Part shown: one piece after another, positions 1-10,636 of the stretch
Layout: every line of letters begins with the position of its first letter
Numbering within the stretch: position 1 is the first letter of the stretch
Source of the DNA: Azolla caroliniana
Taxonomy: Eukaryota > Plantae > Polypodiophyta
Length of the DNA stretch: 64,000 nucleotides
Assembly (NCBI GenBank): GCA_043228905.1
Contig: JBHGNT010000012.1
Coordinates: 19,716,001 to 19,780,000 of the forward strand
Reading direction: 5' to 3'
Notes under the pieces: model-generated
The model's input: only the letters and a program-made list of their open reading frames with translations
What the model was told of the DNA's origin: nothing
The model's database searches: none
Program-made: the position numbers and the translations under genes

Positions 1-1118
1 AGAGATCAGGGTCCACATAGTTCCAAATGATGGCCAACATTGCATCAACACAACCATTGCTAACACTCAAAATAGCACTCAAATATGTGGTCGATACATT
101 GTAAACCTCGATTGGTTGACTCGATAAACGATTTAGAATCTTCATGGAATGTGAAGTAGATCCTTAACATCATTAAGGAACCTTGTCAAAATTGATCAAT
201 TAATGTCACTTCTTCCCAAGGGATGTCACATGCGAGAAAACAAAAATTAATTGCATTGTCACAACTTTGAATCTTATTGATAGCAATTCTCACACTATTC
301 GTATCTCCAAAACAAGATTGAAGTTCCTTAGTAAAGTCATCAAAATTATCTAATAAATGAGACCTTTTCTTTAGTAGTGGCACAAAACGAGCTAGTTTTA
401 TAACCATCTCAACCAACCCTATGTGTCAAATCAGTTGAGTATCAATGGGATACTTTTTTAATACTAGATGCACATTTAAGAATCCTTGGAAATAGTCACC
501 GAGTACCTGTTGTCCAGAGAACAGAAATGTAAAATTAGGAAATTAGCAAATGCCGAGTCTGAGTGTCACGGGCCACCGACGGCTCGGCTGTGTATTAGGG
601 GAAACGTTATTTAAACGAGGACTAGTACCTCAGAGCGGAGGAGAAGAAAAATATAGGCGGAAGCACTAGCTTAGTCCATCGTAACTAGATAATCCTGTAA
701 GGTCACCGGCCGTAGGCCGTGTTCTATAATCCTTTTTCTGTCGCAATAATATATCTGATTTGTGCCCATTTTGCTCCATGTGTCTGTGCTTTGGTTCATA
801 CCTATGATTTCAGCACCGCCCACGCCTATCAAGATCTTGCTAGTGTTTATCTTTGATCATTTTCTCCCTCACAACGCCTCTGTTACGAGCCTTCACGTAC
901 CACGCCCTTGAATACCGATAGCCACAGATCTATCGAAGGTGTTCACCCAAAGGAACGGGTAACAGTACCATCAAACTTTGTTGCGAGACTTATCTTGAGT
1001 AACATCAAATATTGTTGTCACAAAGTTACTAGTTGTGTTAATTCCTCATGTTGTCAAGCTTTTTCCACATTCACTTTAAATCCCCAAGAAGCCTTTGATT
1101 ATCTTTCTTCATGGCCAT
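1..1118 (-). pseudogene. Degraded Ty3/gypsy gag remnant, split by a solo LTR
   Basis: ORF 186-416 (LLDNFDDFTKELQSCFGDTNSVRIAINKI...LACDIPWEEVTLIDQF) resembles a retrotransposon capsid. Removing 508-964 rejoins SLATKFDGTR*LFQGFL, like the gag motif LPEKFDGTR..FRGF. Stops and frameshifts present; runs off the window start. Confidence 0.7.
508..964. mobile_element. Solo LTR (457 bp)
   Basis: Starts TGTTG, ends TAACA, flanked by 5-bp direct repeat GTACC (503-507, 965-969); higher GC than flanks; interrupts the gag frame. Confidence 0.8.
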
Positions 1119-1183
1119 GAACTTAGTTCTTAAACAATCTAGATCAATCAAAACATGCATATATTCTTACTCATTTACTGCTA

Positions 1184-1470
1184 CCAAGGTTAAGAGAAGA
1201 TGGGGAGAAGATAGAAATGAGAAGTTCCTCAAGAGAAGAAAAAAAGGAATGACGTAAAAGGTCATTCACATTTAGATTGCCAAGGTTAAGAGAAGATGGG
1301 GAGAAGATAGAAATGAGAAGTTCCTCAAGAGAAGAAAAAAAGGAATGACGTAAAAGGTCATTCACATTTAGATTGCCAAGGTTAAGAGAAGATGGGAAGA
1401 AGATAGAAACTAGAAGGTCCTCAAGAGAAGAAAAAATGGAATGAAGTAAAAGGTCATTCACATTTACATT
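1184..1470. repeat. Tandem repeat, 3 x 96 bp
   Basis: caaggttaagagaagatgg recurs at 1185, 1281 and 1377; probably 5' leader of the gypsy remnant (inference). Confidence 0.9.
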
Positions 1471-1476
1471 GTCAGG

Positions 1477-1686
1477 CTTGTAGCTAAGGACAAGATTAAA
1501 GTGAAGAAGAGAAAAATAATAGAAGAATTTAGGGTGGTGGTTGAGAAAAGAATAAAATCAAAGAAGAGAACAAGAAGAAGACTTGTAGCTAAGGACAAGA
1601 TTAAAGTGAAGAAGAGAAAAATAATAGAAGAATTCAGGGTGGTGGTTGAGAAAAGGATAAAATCAAAGAAGAGAACAAGAAGAAGG
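1477..1686. repeat. Tandem repeat, 2 x 105 bp
   Basis: cttgtagctaaggacaagattaaagtg at 1477 and 1582. Confidence 0.9.
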
Positions 1687-2937
1687 AAATAGCAGGAGAA
1701 TGATAATATATTAACAATAAGTACAAGATGTACAAGAATATGTTGAAGATAGGAATTGGAATGGTTAATCAATGACTAAATCACCTTTATGCATAATTTG
1801 TTAGATCGATGCATGTTCGCCACCTTGCATGATGCATCCATACATAATTGCACTTTGCATTCATGCAACCCATTTGACAATCATATGTTAGTCTCTAGGA
1901 AGTGGCAATACAATATAACATCATTCCCAATAATAAAAAAAGTTGGAATAAAACTGCATTATTTTAAACGTTGTATAATAGCAATTGAAAACATAATCAA
2001 AGAGGACTAGTGGAAAATTCCCTAACTTTACTTTTGTCTCATAATTTCCAAAATTAAACTCTATGACAAGTGGGAGAGTCATGTATTGATTAAGTTTCTT
2101 TTTTAACTGCACATACCACATAGATAAATGTGTTTCATATGTTCATAATTATTTACACCGACAAGAGTTAGTCACTTTAATAAAAATCTCAATGACTTAT
2201 CTCTAATGAAGGGATTTGAATTCATGATAAAATGATATCGTCAAGCCCAAAGCATAAAAGTGATGTATTTCTTTTTCAAAAAAAAAAGGTGATGTATTTT
2301 GCAAGGATTTACTTCAATTGCAATCCAACAGGATCAATAACATGGTTTCATAGTAAAATGCAAAACTACAAGATGGGAAACTGGATTAGTTCTTGTTTAC
2401 TTCCACAAAAACGATATTTTTGTTTTATAATAATATCTAGATATTAGAGAATCTATGTGTGACACATCAAATCAATTAAAGGTATCTTTCAAGGATACAC
2501 AAACTACAAAGCACTTAAGGAATGTGGGAGCCCAATGGTAGAGGGCTTTATGTGGCCAAACTCTTGAATTTTTTAAGGGGAAGTTCGTTAAGTCAAAATT
2601 ATAATTAGGTTTTTAAATATTCAACAAGAAGGAACCCAAACGTATTACAATATTTAAATAAGATTGTCAATGTGGATTGTATGACACCTGTGATGTAATT
2701 TTCATGGAATTAACCGAATTATAGGCATACAACCAAGCACACCAAGTTCCAACATACACTTGCATTCATTGGCACATAAAATATACACGCAAACAACTCA
2801 CATACCATGGAATATGGTAAATCAGAACACATTCATAATCATATCGTGGCAAATGCACAAACAGTCAAAAAAATAGCTTGACATATATACATGGACATAT
2901 GCTCATACATATACAGGCACAAAAACATATCTGGATA

Positions 2938-3495
2938 GACATACATGCATGGATGGATGCATATGTACGGGCAAGGGACAAGAAGTGGATAGGCATGAGA
3001 AGGAATCATGAATGGTTGGTCTTCAATGACAAGGTCACACCACGTGCTTTTCCCCATTTTATTCTTCATAAAATCTAAAATACACGCGATCAATAATCTA
3101 TTAAAACAAAGTGAGGTGCGAAAATCGTTGAATACATTACTCAAAAGGGACTACGAAAAGGGTCACCATAGAAGAAGAAGAAACCTTGAGTTTGCATCAA
3201 CCACGCGAATTGAATTTCAACTAAGCACTATGATTAGCTCTCTAAGATCTAAACTAATCTTAAATGGGACCTACACACATCTAAGTTTTTTATGTCTAAC
3301 CCTTGGCACAAATCTCCCCATGAAGACAAATTTCTACGTGATAAGCCAGGGTTCTCAAAGTCCTTGCTTGGTACACAACACACCTTACATGATGACAAAA
3401 AATTCCACCACCTTATCCATTGCTACATGGCCTAAAATAACAATAACCAATACAATCACACAAACATATATATATATATATATAGCGAGAATTAA
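2938..3495 (+). pseudogene. Truncated paralogous fragment of the tyrosinase promoter, 5' UTR and N-terminus; contains an open 47-aa ORF at 3292-3435
   Basis: Aligns to about 4985-5565. ORF MSNPWHKSPHEDKFLRDKPGFSKSLLGTQHTLHDDKKFHHLIHCYMA* versus tyrosinase MANTWDNSTSTNEDISLDSGKQGFTKSLLGTQPISPQDNKSHHLIYRY. Single-copy counterpart of the 618-bp array unit. Confidence 0.85.
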
Positions 3496-5127
3496 AATCA
3501 AGCCCTTTTTACTAAAAACGTAAACTCTAAACACCATAACAAACATGCAACACTAAACATCACCTACAAGTTTTAAGTGTCAACGGTCGTTTCTAGACTA
3601 AAACACGATGCTAAACATCACTGTATTAAATCCTAAGTTTAATCTTATGTTTTTTAAACATTTTGCAAAAAACAAATATAATAAAAAAGGGGATTCAAAA
3701 TCCTCCCTTTATTATTCTTGTTCTCAAACTCTCTTCAAACAACTAAAGTGCAAGCATGATCCCACCTCAATCCTAAGTTCTCTCTTTGTCTTTGTCTCGA
3801 CTGTCTCATACAATACATACATCATAGAAAGAGATATTGTCAAACCCATATAATATAAGTGATGTATTATGTAAGAGTATACATCATGTGCAATTCAAAG
3901 GACTCTACAACATGGTTTTCACAGTATTTTTTTGACCATTCTTCATGGAGACAAGATATACAGGTATTTCGTTTTGCCTTGAAACCCATTGTTATTGCTA
4001 TTTTATAGAAATATTCACTTGCTAATTAGCTCATAAAATTCCTTGTTTATTTTGGCGCTCCTAAAAACATTCATATCAAATTGAGTGCAAACTTTTAAGC
4101 GTAATGGCATGGTGATGTGCACAATGTGAAATTGGAAAATGTAGTTTTAGATACAAAACTTTCAAACAACATAAATAAAGTGGGCATGACCTCACATGAT
4201 GAAGACATTGTCAAGGAAAGTTGGCATGGGATAACTTTATTTGTTAAAGGTTTGGAAACTTAAAGTAGATATTGATTTGATAGGTGGAAATATTTGAGGA
4301 GATACTTTACTTGTAGGAATTATGAGGATTGAAGCTCATGTATATGGAAACAATCACACCATGCTCTTAAACAAGTCGGTGTCTAAATGCAACTGAATCG
4401 TGGATATACAAACAAAGGATTTGTTCTCGAATCGAAACACACCTTCACAACACGCGGGTCTTTTTGGATTCCTGTCTACTAGATGTAGATGAGAACGGAT
4501 TTACCCTACCGAATCACACCCAAGCCAGCATTTCGTGGTGCCTGACAGATTGTCTATAGAGAAATGATTATCACGTCAAAGGACCGTTCAAGAAAACTTA
4601 AGCGTATATGTTTGCGAGACTTCTACTCAACTTTTCTGTGGCTTGAAGACCTCCTTCTTTGACAATTTTCATGTAGTTCCCTTATTGCCTCCCTTCTTTG
4701 TCTAGGTATAATGGCTTCATGTTTAGAGTGTTTATCTCTTTCTGCCCTCTAGATTTTTTGTGTACTAGTCTCTAGATTTTAAAGAATCAATGTGCAACAC
4801 AAGCTAATCGGTTAAAGAGATCTTCATAGTAGTATCCAACTATGGAAACTTGGGGGAATGTGTGAGCAATGGATGCACAGTTTGTGTGGGCAAACCTTTG
4901 AATTTTGTGTCCCAAAAATATGTAGTTTTTTTCAAAATGAAGGAATCCAAAAATAATACAATATACACATACACATACACAAACACATACATACATACAT
5001 ACATACATACATACATACATAGGGAGGAGGCCCAAGGGATGAGAAGTGGATAAGGATTGGTGGAGAAGGAAGATAAGTCAAAGGAAGAATAATCAATGCT
5101 AAAACTATTCAATGGTAACGTTCACAC

Positions 5128-5251
5128 CACGTGTTTTTCACCCAAATTTTTTTCTTCTTATAGTATTAGAAAACGTGATAAATAATCTACTACAACAGAG
5201 TGATGAGTGGCACACTTGCTGGACACACCACTCACAATGGGGACTATAAAA
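5128..5251 (+). promoter_or_regulatory. Putative tyrosinase core promoter (G-box and TATA box)
   Basis: CACGTG at 5128-5133 and TATAAAA at 5245-5251 (176 bp before the ATG); both conserved in copy 2 (50396, 50519). Function is inferred. Confidence 0.5.
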
Positions 5252-5420
5252 AGGGTCATTAGCGAAGAAGAAGAAACATCTGAGTCCACGCCAGCCACAC
5301 GAGTTCGAATTCAACTAAGCACCCTGATTAGCTCCCTAAGATCTAAACTAACGTTAACAAGATCTAAAATAACCTTTAGAGGACCAACATATACATACAT
5401 ATATAGATCTAAGTTTTTAA

Positions 5421-7442
5421 ATGGCTAACACTTGGGACAACTCTACCTCTACCAATGAGGACATCTCTCTAGATAGTGGTAAGCAAGGGTTTACAAAGTC
5501 CTTGCTTGGTACACAACCCATCTCTCCTCAGGACAACAAATCCCACCACCTCATCTATCGCTACACAATCCCCTCGTCCAATCCTAACGACTTGTCATTG
5601 CCTCCGGACCTCACCCAAGCCATACCACGCGAGAATGTGCTCGACTTCTTCTACCCGCACACACTCACGACCGATGGCGAGGAGAAACCCAAGGAGAGCC
5701 TGGACAAGCTCAAAATGAGGAGGGATGTGTTTTTGCTCGCATTCTCCGCGGTTCAAGCCCTTGATGCCGATGATCGATGGTCCTTCTACCAAATCGCTGG
5801 GATCCATGGCCTCCCGCACGCACCTTATGATGGAGACGATGGTGAGTGGGATCCGTTCAACCCTGAATGGTGGGGCGGGTATTGTCAACACGGCACCCCG
5901 CTCTTCCCGACATGGCATCGCCCCTACATGTTGCTCATCGAGCAATCCATCATCCGTCAAGCGAAGCTCTTCGCAACAACTCTCTCAAATGCGGAAGAGA
6001 AGGCAGCGGTGTCCGCGATGGCCGGGGATCTCCGCTTCCCTTATTGGGATTGGGCGAGCAATAGTGCGCGCATCCTCGGGCTCCCTGACATCTTCATATC
6101 CACCGATGTCTCGCTAGCGTATGCGTGGAAATCATTCACCCGGACATCCATCCCGAACCCGCTCAAGGCATTCGTGGTGCCACGGGATGTCGGCAAGCCG
6201 TTCGCTTCCTCAGACGTGTACAACCCATCGGCCCGGCCCAACTACGTTGTGCCCCCGCAAGGCAACCCGTTCCTTCCCAAGGGCTACTCGACCGTGCGTC
6301 ATGTCACGCCCAACTACCTCTCCAACAATGACAAGGTAAATGTGTCGGTCATGCGCAATGCCGGGACAGCCCTAGTCGAAGGCGTCCACGCGATGCTCCA
6401 ACACAGCGAATGGATGCCCTTCTCCAACCACTTCTGGTCGGAGGCGACCCACGGGGACGGGAGCCAATTCGGGTACTACGCGTCCCTCGAGCTTGTCCAC
6501 GACTTTGTCCACGGGATCCTGGGCGGGGCGGGCGGACAAATGTCGTACCCGGAGATCGCATCCTTTGACCCCATCTTCTTCTTCCACCATGCCAATGTTG
6601 ACCGCCTAGTCGCGCTCTGGCAATACTGCTACCCCAATGCTTGGATCCCCGACACGCCATTGCAGCTCAACCATGATGGTACATACATATTGCCCCCCAA
6701 TAGTGAATCCTTGGCTACCACGGAGCTCACGCCATTCCGGCTCGGCCCCAATGCGGAGAACCAACGGAAATTCGTGACATCCAATGATGTGCGCCTCGTG
6801 GACCGTGATTGCGGGTACAGCTATCCGGAGATCTTGACCGCGAGGAAGGCTGGGTGGACACCCGCCCGCATGGTCGAGTACCTCCGGAGGCTCTACAAGC
6901 CACCACAGGACTACGCCCACAGGTGGATCTTGGTGCTGGACAGGGTGGAGAAGAGGGTGTTCGATGGGACCTTCCAGATTAGGGTTTTCTTGGGGAACCC
7001 TAATGCCAACGCGGACACGCCGATCAACTCTCCCAACTATGCCGGGTCGATGACGGTGTTCGCGCGGTCGATCGGGATGCGGTGCGCAAATTGCGACGAG
7101 AGGAAGTACATGAGGGCTTCATTGGATCTCACCAAGACCATGGTGAGGCTCGGGATCACTACTGTCGAGACATTGAGCGCCACGGCCGACCCATTTGCCC
7201 CACCCACTGGACGGCTAGCAGCCAACCCCTTGTCCGCGCCCGGCTCTATTACCCTTGTGTTCGTGAGCCTCACCGGACAACAGCTCGACACCTCCGCCGT
7301 GGTCGGGGACGGTGTGGAAGACGGCATCCAGCTCGCGCTCTACTACCAGAGAGGCATCCCGGATGAAAGCATCAATGAGTTCTTCATTCGAAACCTCAAC
7401 ATTGCACCGACAACTATCGAGAAATTCATCTTACCTGCTTGA
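5421..7442 (+). CDS. Tyrosinase (type-3 copper protein), fungal-type architecture, intronless, 673 aa
   Basis: CuA: YQIAGIHGLP...GGYCQHGTPLFPTWHRPY; CuB: LELVHDFVHGILGG...MSYPEIASFDPIFFFHHANVDRL; GYSY tyrosine motif; C-terminal shielding domain with FQIRVFLG...GSMTVF...CANC. Uninterrupted ORF, GC-rich relative to flanks. Confidence 0.95.
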   Translation: MANTWDNSTSTNEDISLDSGKQGFTKSLLGTQPISPQDNKSHHLIYRYTIPSSNPNDLSLPPDLTQAIPRENVLDFFYPHTLTTDGEEKPKESLDKLKMRRDVFLLAFSAVQALDADDRWSFYQIAGIHGLPHAPYDGDDGEWDPFNPEWWGGYCQHGTPLFPTWHRPYMLLIEQSIIRQAKLFATTLSNAEEKAAVSAMAGDLRFPYWDWASNSARILGLPDIFISTDVSLAYAWKSFTRTSIPNPLKAFVVPRDVGKPFASSDVYNPSARPNYVVPPQGNPFLPKGYSTVRHVTPNYLSNNDKVNVSVMRNAGTALVEGVHAMLQHSEWMPFSNHFWSEATHGDGSQFGYYASLELVHDFVHGILGGAGGQMSYPEIASFDPIFFFHHANVDRLVALWQYCYPNAWIPDTPLQLNHDGTYILPPNSESLATTELTPFRLGPNAENQRKFVTSNDVRLVDRDCGYSYPEILTARKAGWTPARMVEYLRRLYKPPQDYAHRWILVLDRVEKRVFDGTFQIRVFLGNPNANADTPINSPNYAGSMTVFARSIGMRCANCDERKYMRASLDLTKTMVRLGITTVETLSATADPFAPPTGRLAANPLSAPGSITLVFVSLTGQQLDTSAVVGDGVEDGIQLALYYQRGIPDESINEFFIRNLNIAPTTIEKFILPA

Positions 7443-10126
7443 CAACCCCCTAAGGTTATTCGCTGACATTCCGAACCCTTGGAACTACTTTTGTTCCAAG
7501 AACTTGTGGTGTGTTAGCTTCATGCCTTGGGTTTTCGAGTTACATATCTCTAAGTTTAGTCCCACTCTGAATCATATCGATACCAATGTCCAGCTTTCAG
7601 CCCAGACTAAGTTTCTTTTGTCTTGTATCGTCGGTACTATTTCAATGATCAGTTCATTATGTGCTTTCTTGGCATTTTTTACAAGTTCATATGTGTGTGT
7701 GAGTAACAAAAAGACATGTTTTTTACGTCCATAGGAGACTCATCGTGATGAATGGAATGATATATATATATATATAGGTTTAGGGTTTAGGGCGAGGGAA
7801 GTGAATGGATAGTCATCGTCGTAAGATCTACATTAAAGTTTGTCACTTGAATGTGTTCCCCAACATATTGCGGGTTGTGATAGCACCTTATTGTTAACGT
7901 GCATTCTATTATATTATCTAAACATAGAGAAAATGGCTAGAATTAGGGTCTTTGGGAAACTAGCATAACTCTTAAACAACACCGCATATGTTGAATATAA
8001 AAAGTTATGTCTCACTCTAGAGTATCTTCTTTGAAGATGTTTATTAACATTCAAAAAACTTTTATTGACATATGCTTTTGCCAAAGAATTACTAGATTTT
8101 AAAAACTTTATGTCACTTCGTTAAAAATATTTGAAGTCTGGTGAAGATAGAAATGTCCTTGATGACCCAAGATGGTTCTTTCGTGTCACTTCATTGCAAT
8201 ATCAAGTTTCTTAGGGTCTCTTGAATCCGAAAAGGAAATGCCTCAATGGATTTTTCTCATTGAAAAACAAAAGTAATCATCTTCCTCTCTTTTTTGAAAT
8301 ATCCATATAATGTTTTCTTCTGTGGATATGTTTAGTGACTTCTTAAAATATAGTTTTTTGCACAGACCCTCATCTCCATTCCCCATTCCCTTTTTCGTCT
8401 TTTTGTCAAGAGTCATGTGACATGTCAATAAAATGGTGTGTTATCATTGTGGATTGTGCCAAAGTTGTCTCTCATCTCTCTCCTACTTAGTGGACTTGCC
8501 TCATATAATAATGATTCCCATTATTTGCCAATTTCTCTGTCCTCCAAATACGTCACACAAAAAAGCCATCACTTATAAATGTAAAAGACATGCCATGACC
8601 TATAAATGTAAAGATGTGCAATGTGTGAACTACTTGCATTTTCATATTGAATTCGTTTGCACTTGAAATATTAGTCATTGGATGTCTATATCCAATTTTT
8701 TAGACATCATGCCGAAAAGTATGTGGTAATGGTTAATTTCTTAAGACAACTGAAAGTTAAATATTGCACATCCTCAATCGAAATTTTTTTAGAGACTTGT
8801 ATAAAAGAAACACAAATTCTTAGACGATTGATCTACATCGTAGATGACATCAATGATCCCATTAGGTGTTATAGAAAACTTTTATGATTAAAGAAATCGG
8901 CAAGAAAATGGTTTCACTCTCTTTTTAATTGGAATTTCATATATTGACTTATTTTAGGACATTTACAAGGTTTCAATGAGGGCAGAAAATTTGAGACAAC
9001 TCCTTGGAAGGAAAGACTTCTAAATAACTTAAATAACATATTTCTTAGAGTATTGTCATCCATGTTCACACTATTTCGTCTCTTTTGAAACAACACACCT
9101 AGACTCTCTTTTGTTAAAAAAGCCCAATTGAGTGGCGGGTTCCCTCATTTATAGGGTTGGATTCAAGTTGATGCACCGTCTACAAGGGTCATATCATGTG
9201 GCGTTATGTAATTGACAAAAAGTTTTTTCTTAAGAGAAATTATTTGGTGGATTCGCACAATTGGCAAAGTATAAGCTTTCACAAAATTTGATATTAAAGA
9301 GATCAACAATATATCTAGTTGTTTGTTTGAAGGGATGAGCAAATATAGGACCACCTACACCAATTCTCTTTTTCTCAACAACGAGTGCTATATGAGTAGT
9401 AATATAGTCAATTCACTCACTTTTCTCTATCTTTCAAGGGTTGACAAAAGGCAATTGGAGGAATATTGAAAAACTCCACGACGTTATAATAAATAAAGAG
9501 AATCTTGAGAGAAATTCTTCCCTTTTTTAATTATGATATTTAAAATATTAAGGCATTGTAAGGTTGCACTACATGTCATTATTAAGGCCACCTCATTATG
9601 GGGCACGTACTTTATTGACATTTCATATTTCCTATGTCCATGCCTTTGCGTTGTTATCCACTTCGGTCTGAACTCTGGAGGTTATGATGTAGTATGCGTG
9701 AAGATGTTAGCACATTGGAACAATTGAGGATAACTTACTTTGAGCTTGGGACCATCATAAGTACATCCAAGGACTTAAGAAAAGGTATAGTGAGTAATGA
9801 CATGTTTGGAAGTAGGTGAAGGGGATGGGGATGTGGATGGGAGGTTTGTAAGTCAATAGTGTGTAAATGACATCCTAAAAGTTTTAAATAGAAGGAACCC
9901 AATGGGGGATGGCAACTTACACAACCGGGAACAAATTGGTAAATGAATATGGAAATGGAGTATAAAACTTTTGCTTACGAAAGTATTAGAGCTTTTTAAT
10001 TTTGTTTCGATGAGTTGAGAAGATGATATGGCCTCATATCAATCTCCTATTTTCTTCTTCGTAGATTGCCTATTGCATTTCTAGAATGCTTGGAGCATAA
10101 TAACGAGGTTCACTAACATTTGCAAG

Positions 10127-10559
10127 TGTTGAGCGTCAAGCTCAACTGGAGCCGGATCGGCTGGATAAGCCTGAGTCGGCAAGCGAGATGGAACGGTAAG
10201 CCGTGAGCAACCGAGCCGGCAAGAAACAGAGCCGGTGAGCTGGGGAGCCGGTTAGCCGGTTAGCTGGATCCAATCGGTAACCGGAAGCCTAGTATTAGTT
10301 TAGACTACTAGGCAATTATAGTCTCGTAGTAAGTGTCAGAAGCTCGTGTGAGCATTAAAGTACGCGGTACTTGTGTCAGTCCCACGAGGACTTGTATAAA
10401 TAGTGCTACTGAGCATAGTTGTATGTGACAGAGTGTTTTATATTTTTTGAATATAGCTTTGAGGTTCTGCTCTCTCTATCTCTTCCTGTCTCTCCCTGTG
10501 TACTCTGTGTATTCCTTGATTTCCCTGTCTTCTAACACTTCTGCAAGTAATCGTTTTCA
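10127..10559 (+). repeat. 5' LTR of the Copia at 10127
   Basis: TGTTGAGC...TTTTCA, directly followed by the PBS; roughly 5% diverged from the 3' LTR by eye. Confidence 0.95.
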
Positions 10560-10636
10560 TGGTATCAGAGTGCGAGGTTTGAGAACCTCTGCAGCCGACA
10601 AACGCTTGAAAGCAAACCCTAATAGACAGAGAAGTG

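Larger units (their letters stand above)
2242..5726 (+). repeat. Segmental duplication, copy 1 (tyrosinase upstream region and 5' CDS)
   Basis: Colinear with the non-inserted parts of 27615-50957, e.g. gtgatgtattttgcaaggatttacttcaattgcaa, gagaacggatttaccctaccgaatcacaccca, atggctaacacttgggacaactctacc. Confidence 0.93.

Noticed and set aside
1171-1772. Repetitive ORFs as LRR-like or basic proteins
   Set aside because: By-products of the 96-bp and 105-bp tandem repeats.
4100-4600. HGDVHNVKLENVVLD (also near 42295) as a protein-kinase catalytic-loop remnant
   Set aside because: No DFG, APE or glycine-loop motif nearby and both copies have stops; too weak to call without a search.
5476-7734. Alternative-frame and antisense ORFs overlapping the tyrosinase and the TE pol genes
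   Set aside because: Expected shadow ORFs of GC-rich coding sequence, with no independent motifs.
7776-7792. TTTAGGG repeats here and at about 27482-27512 as telomeric arrays
   Set aside because: Only 2-3 units; at most telo-box-like motifs.
7900-10100. Short ORFs in the AT-rich region downstream of the tyrosinase
   Set aside because: 60-77 aa with no recognisable motifs; possibly an old TE or gene relic but not supportable.
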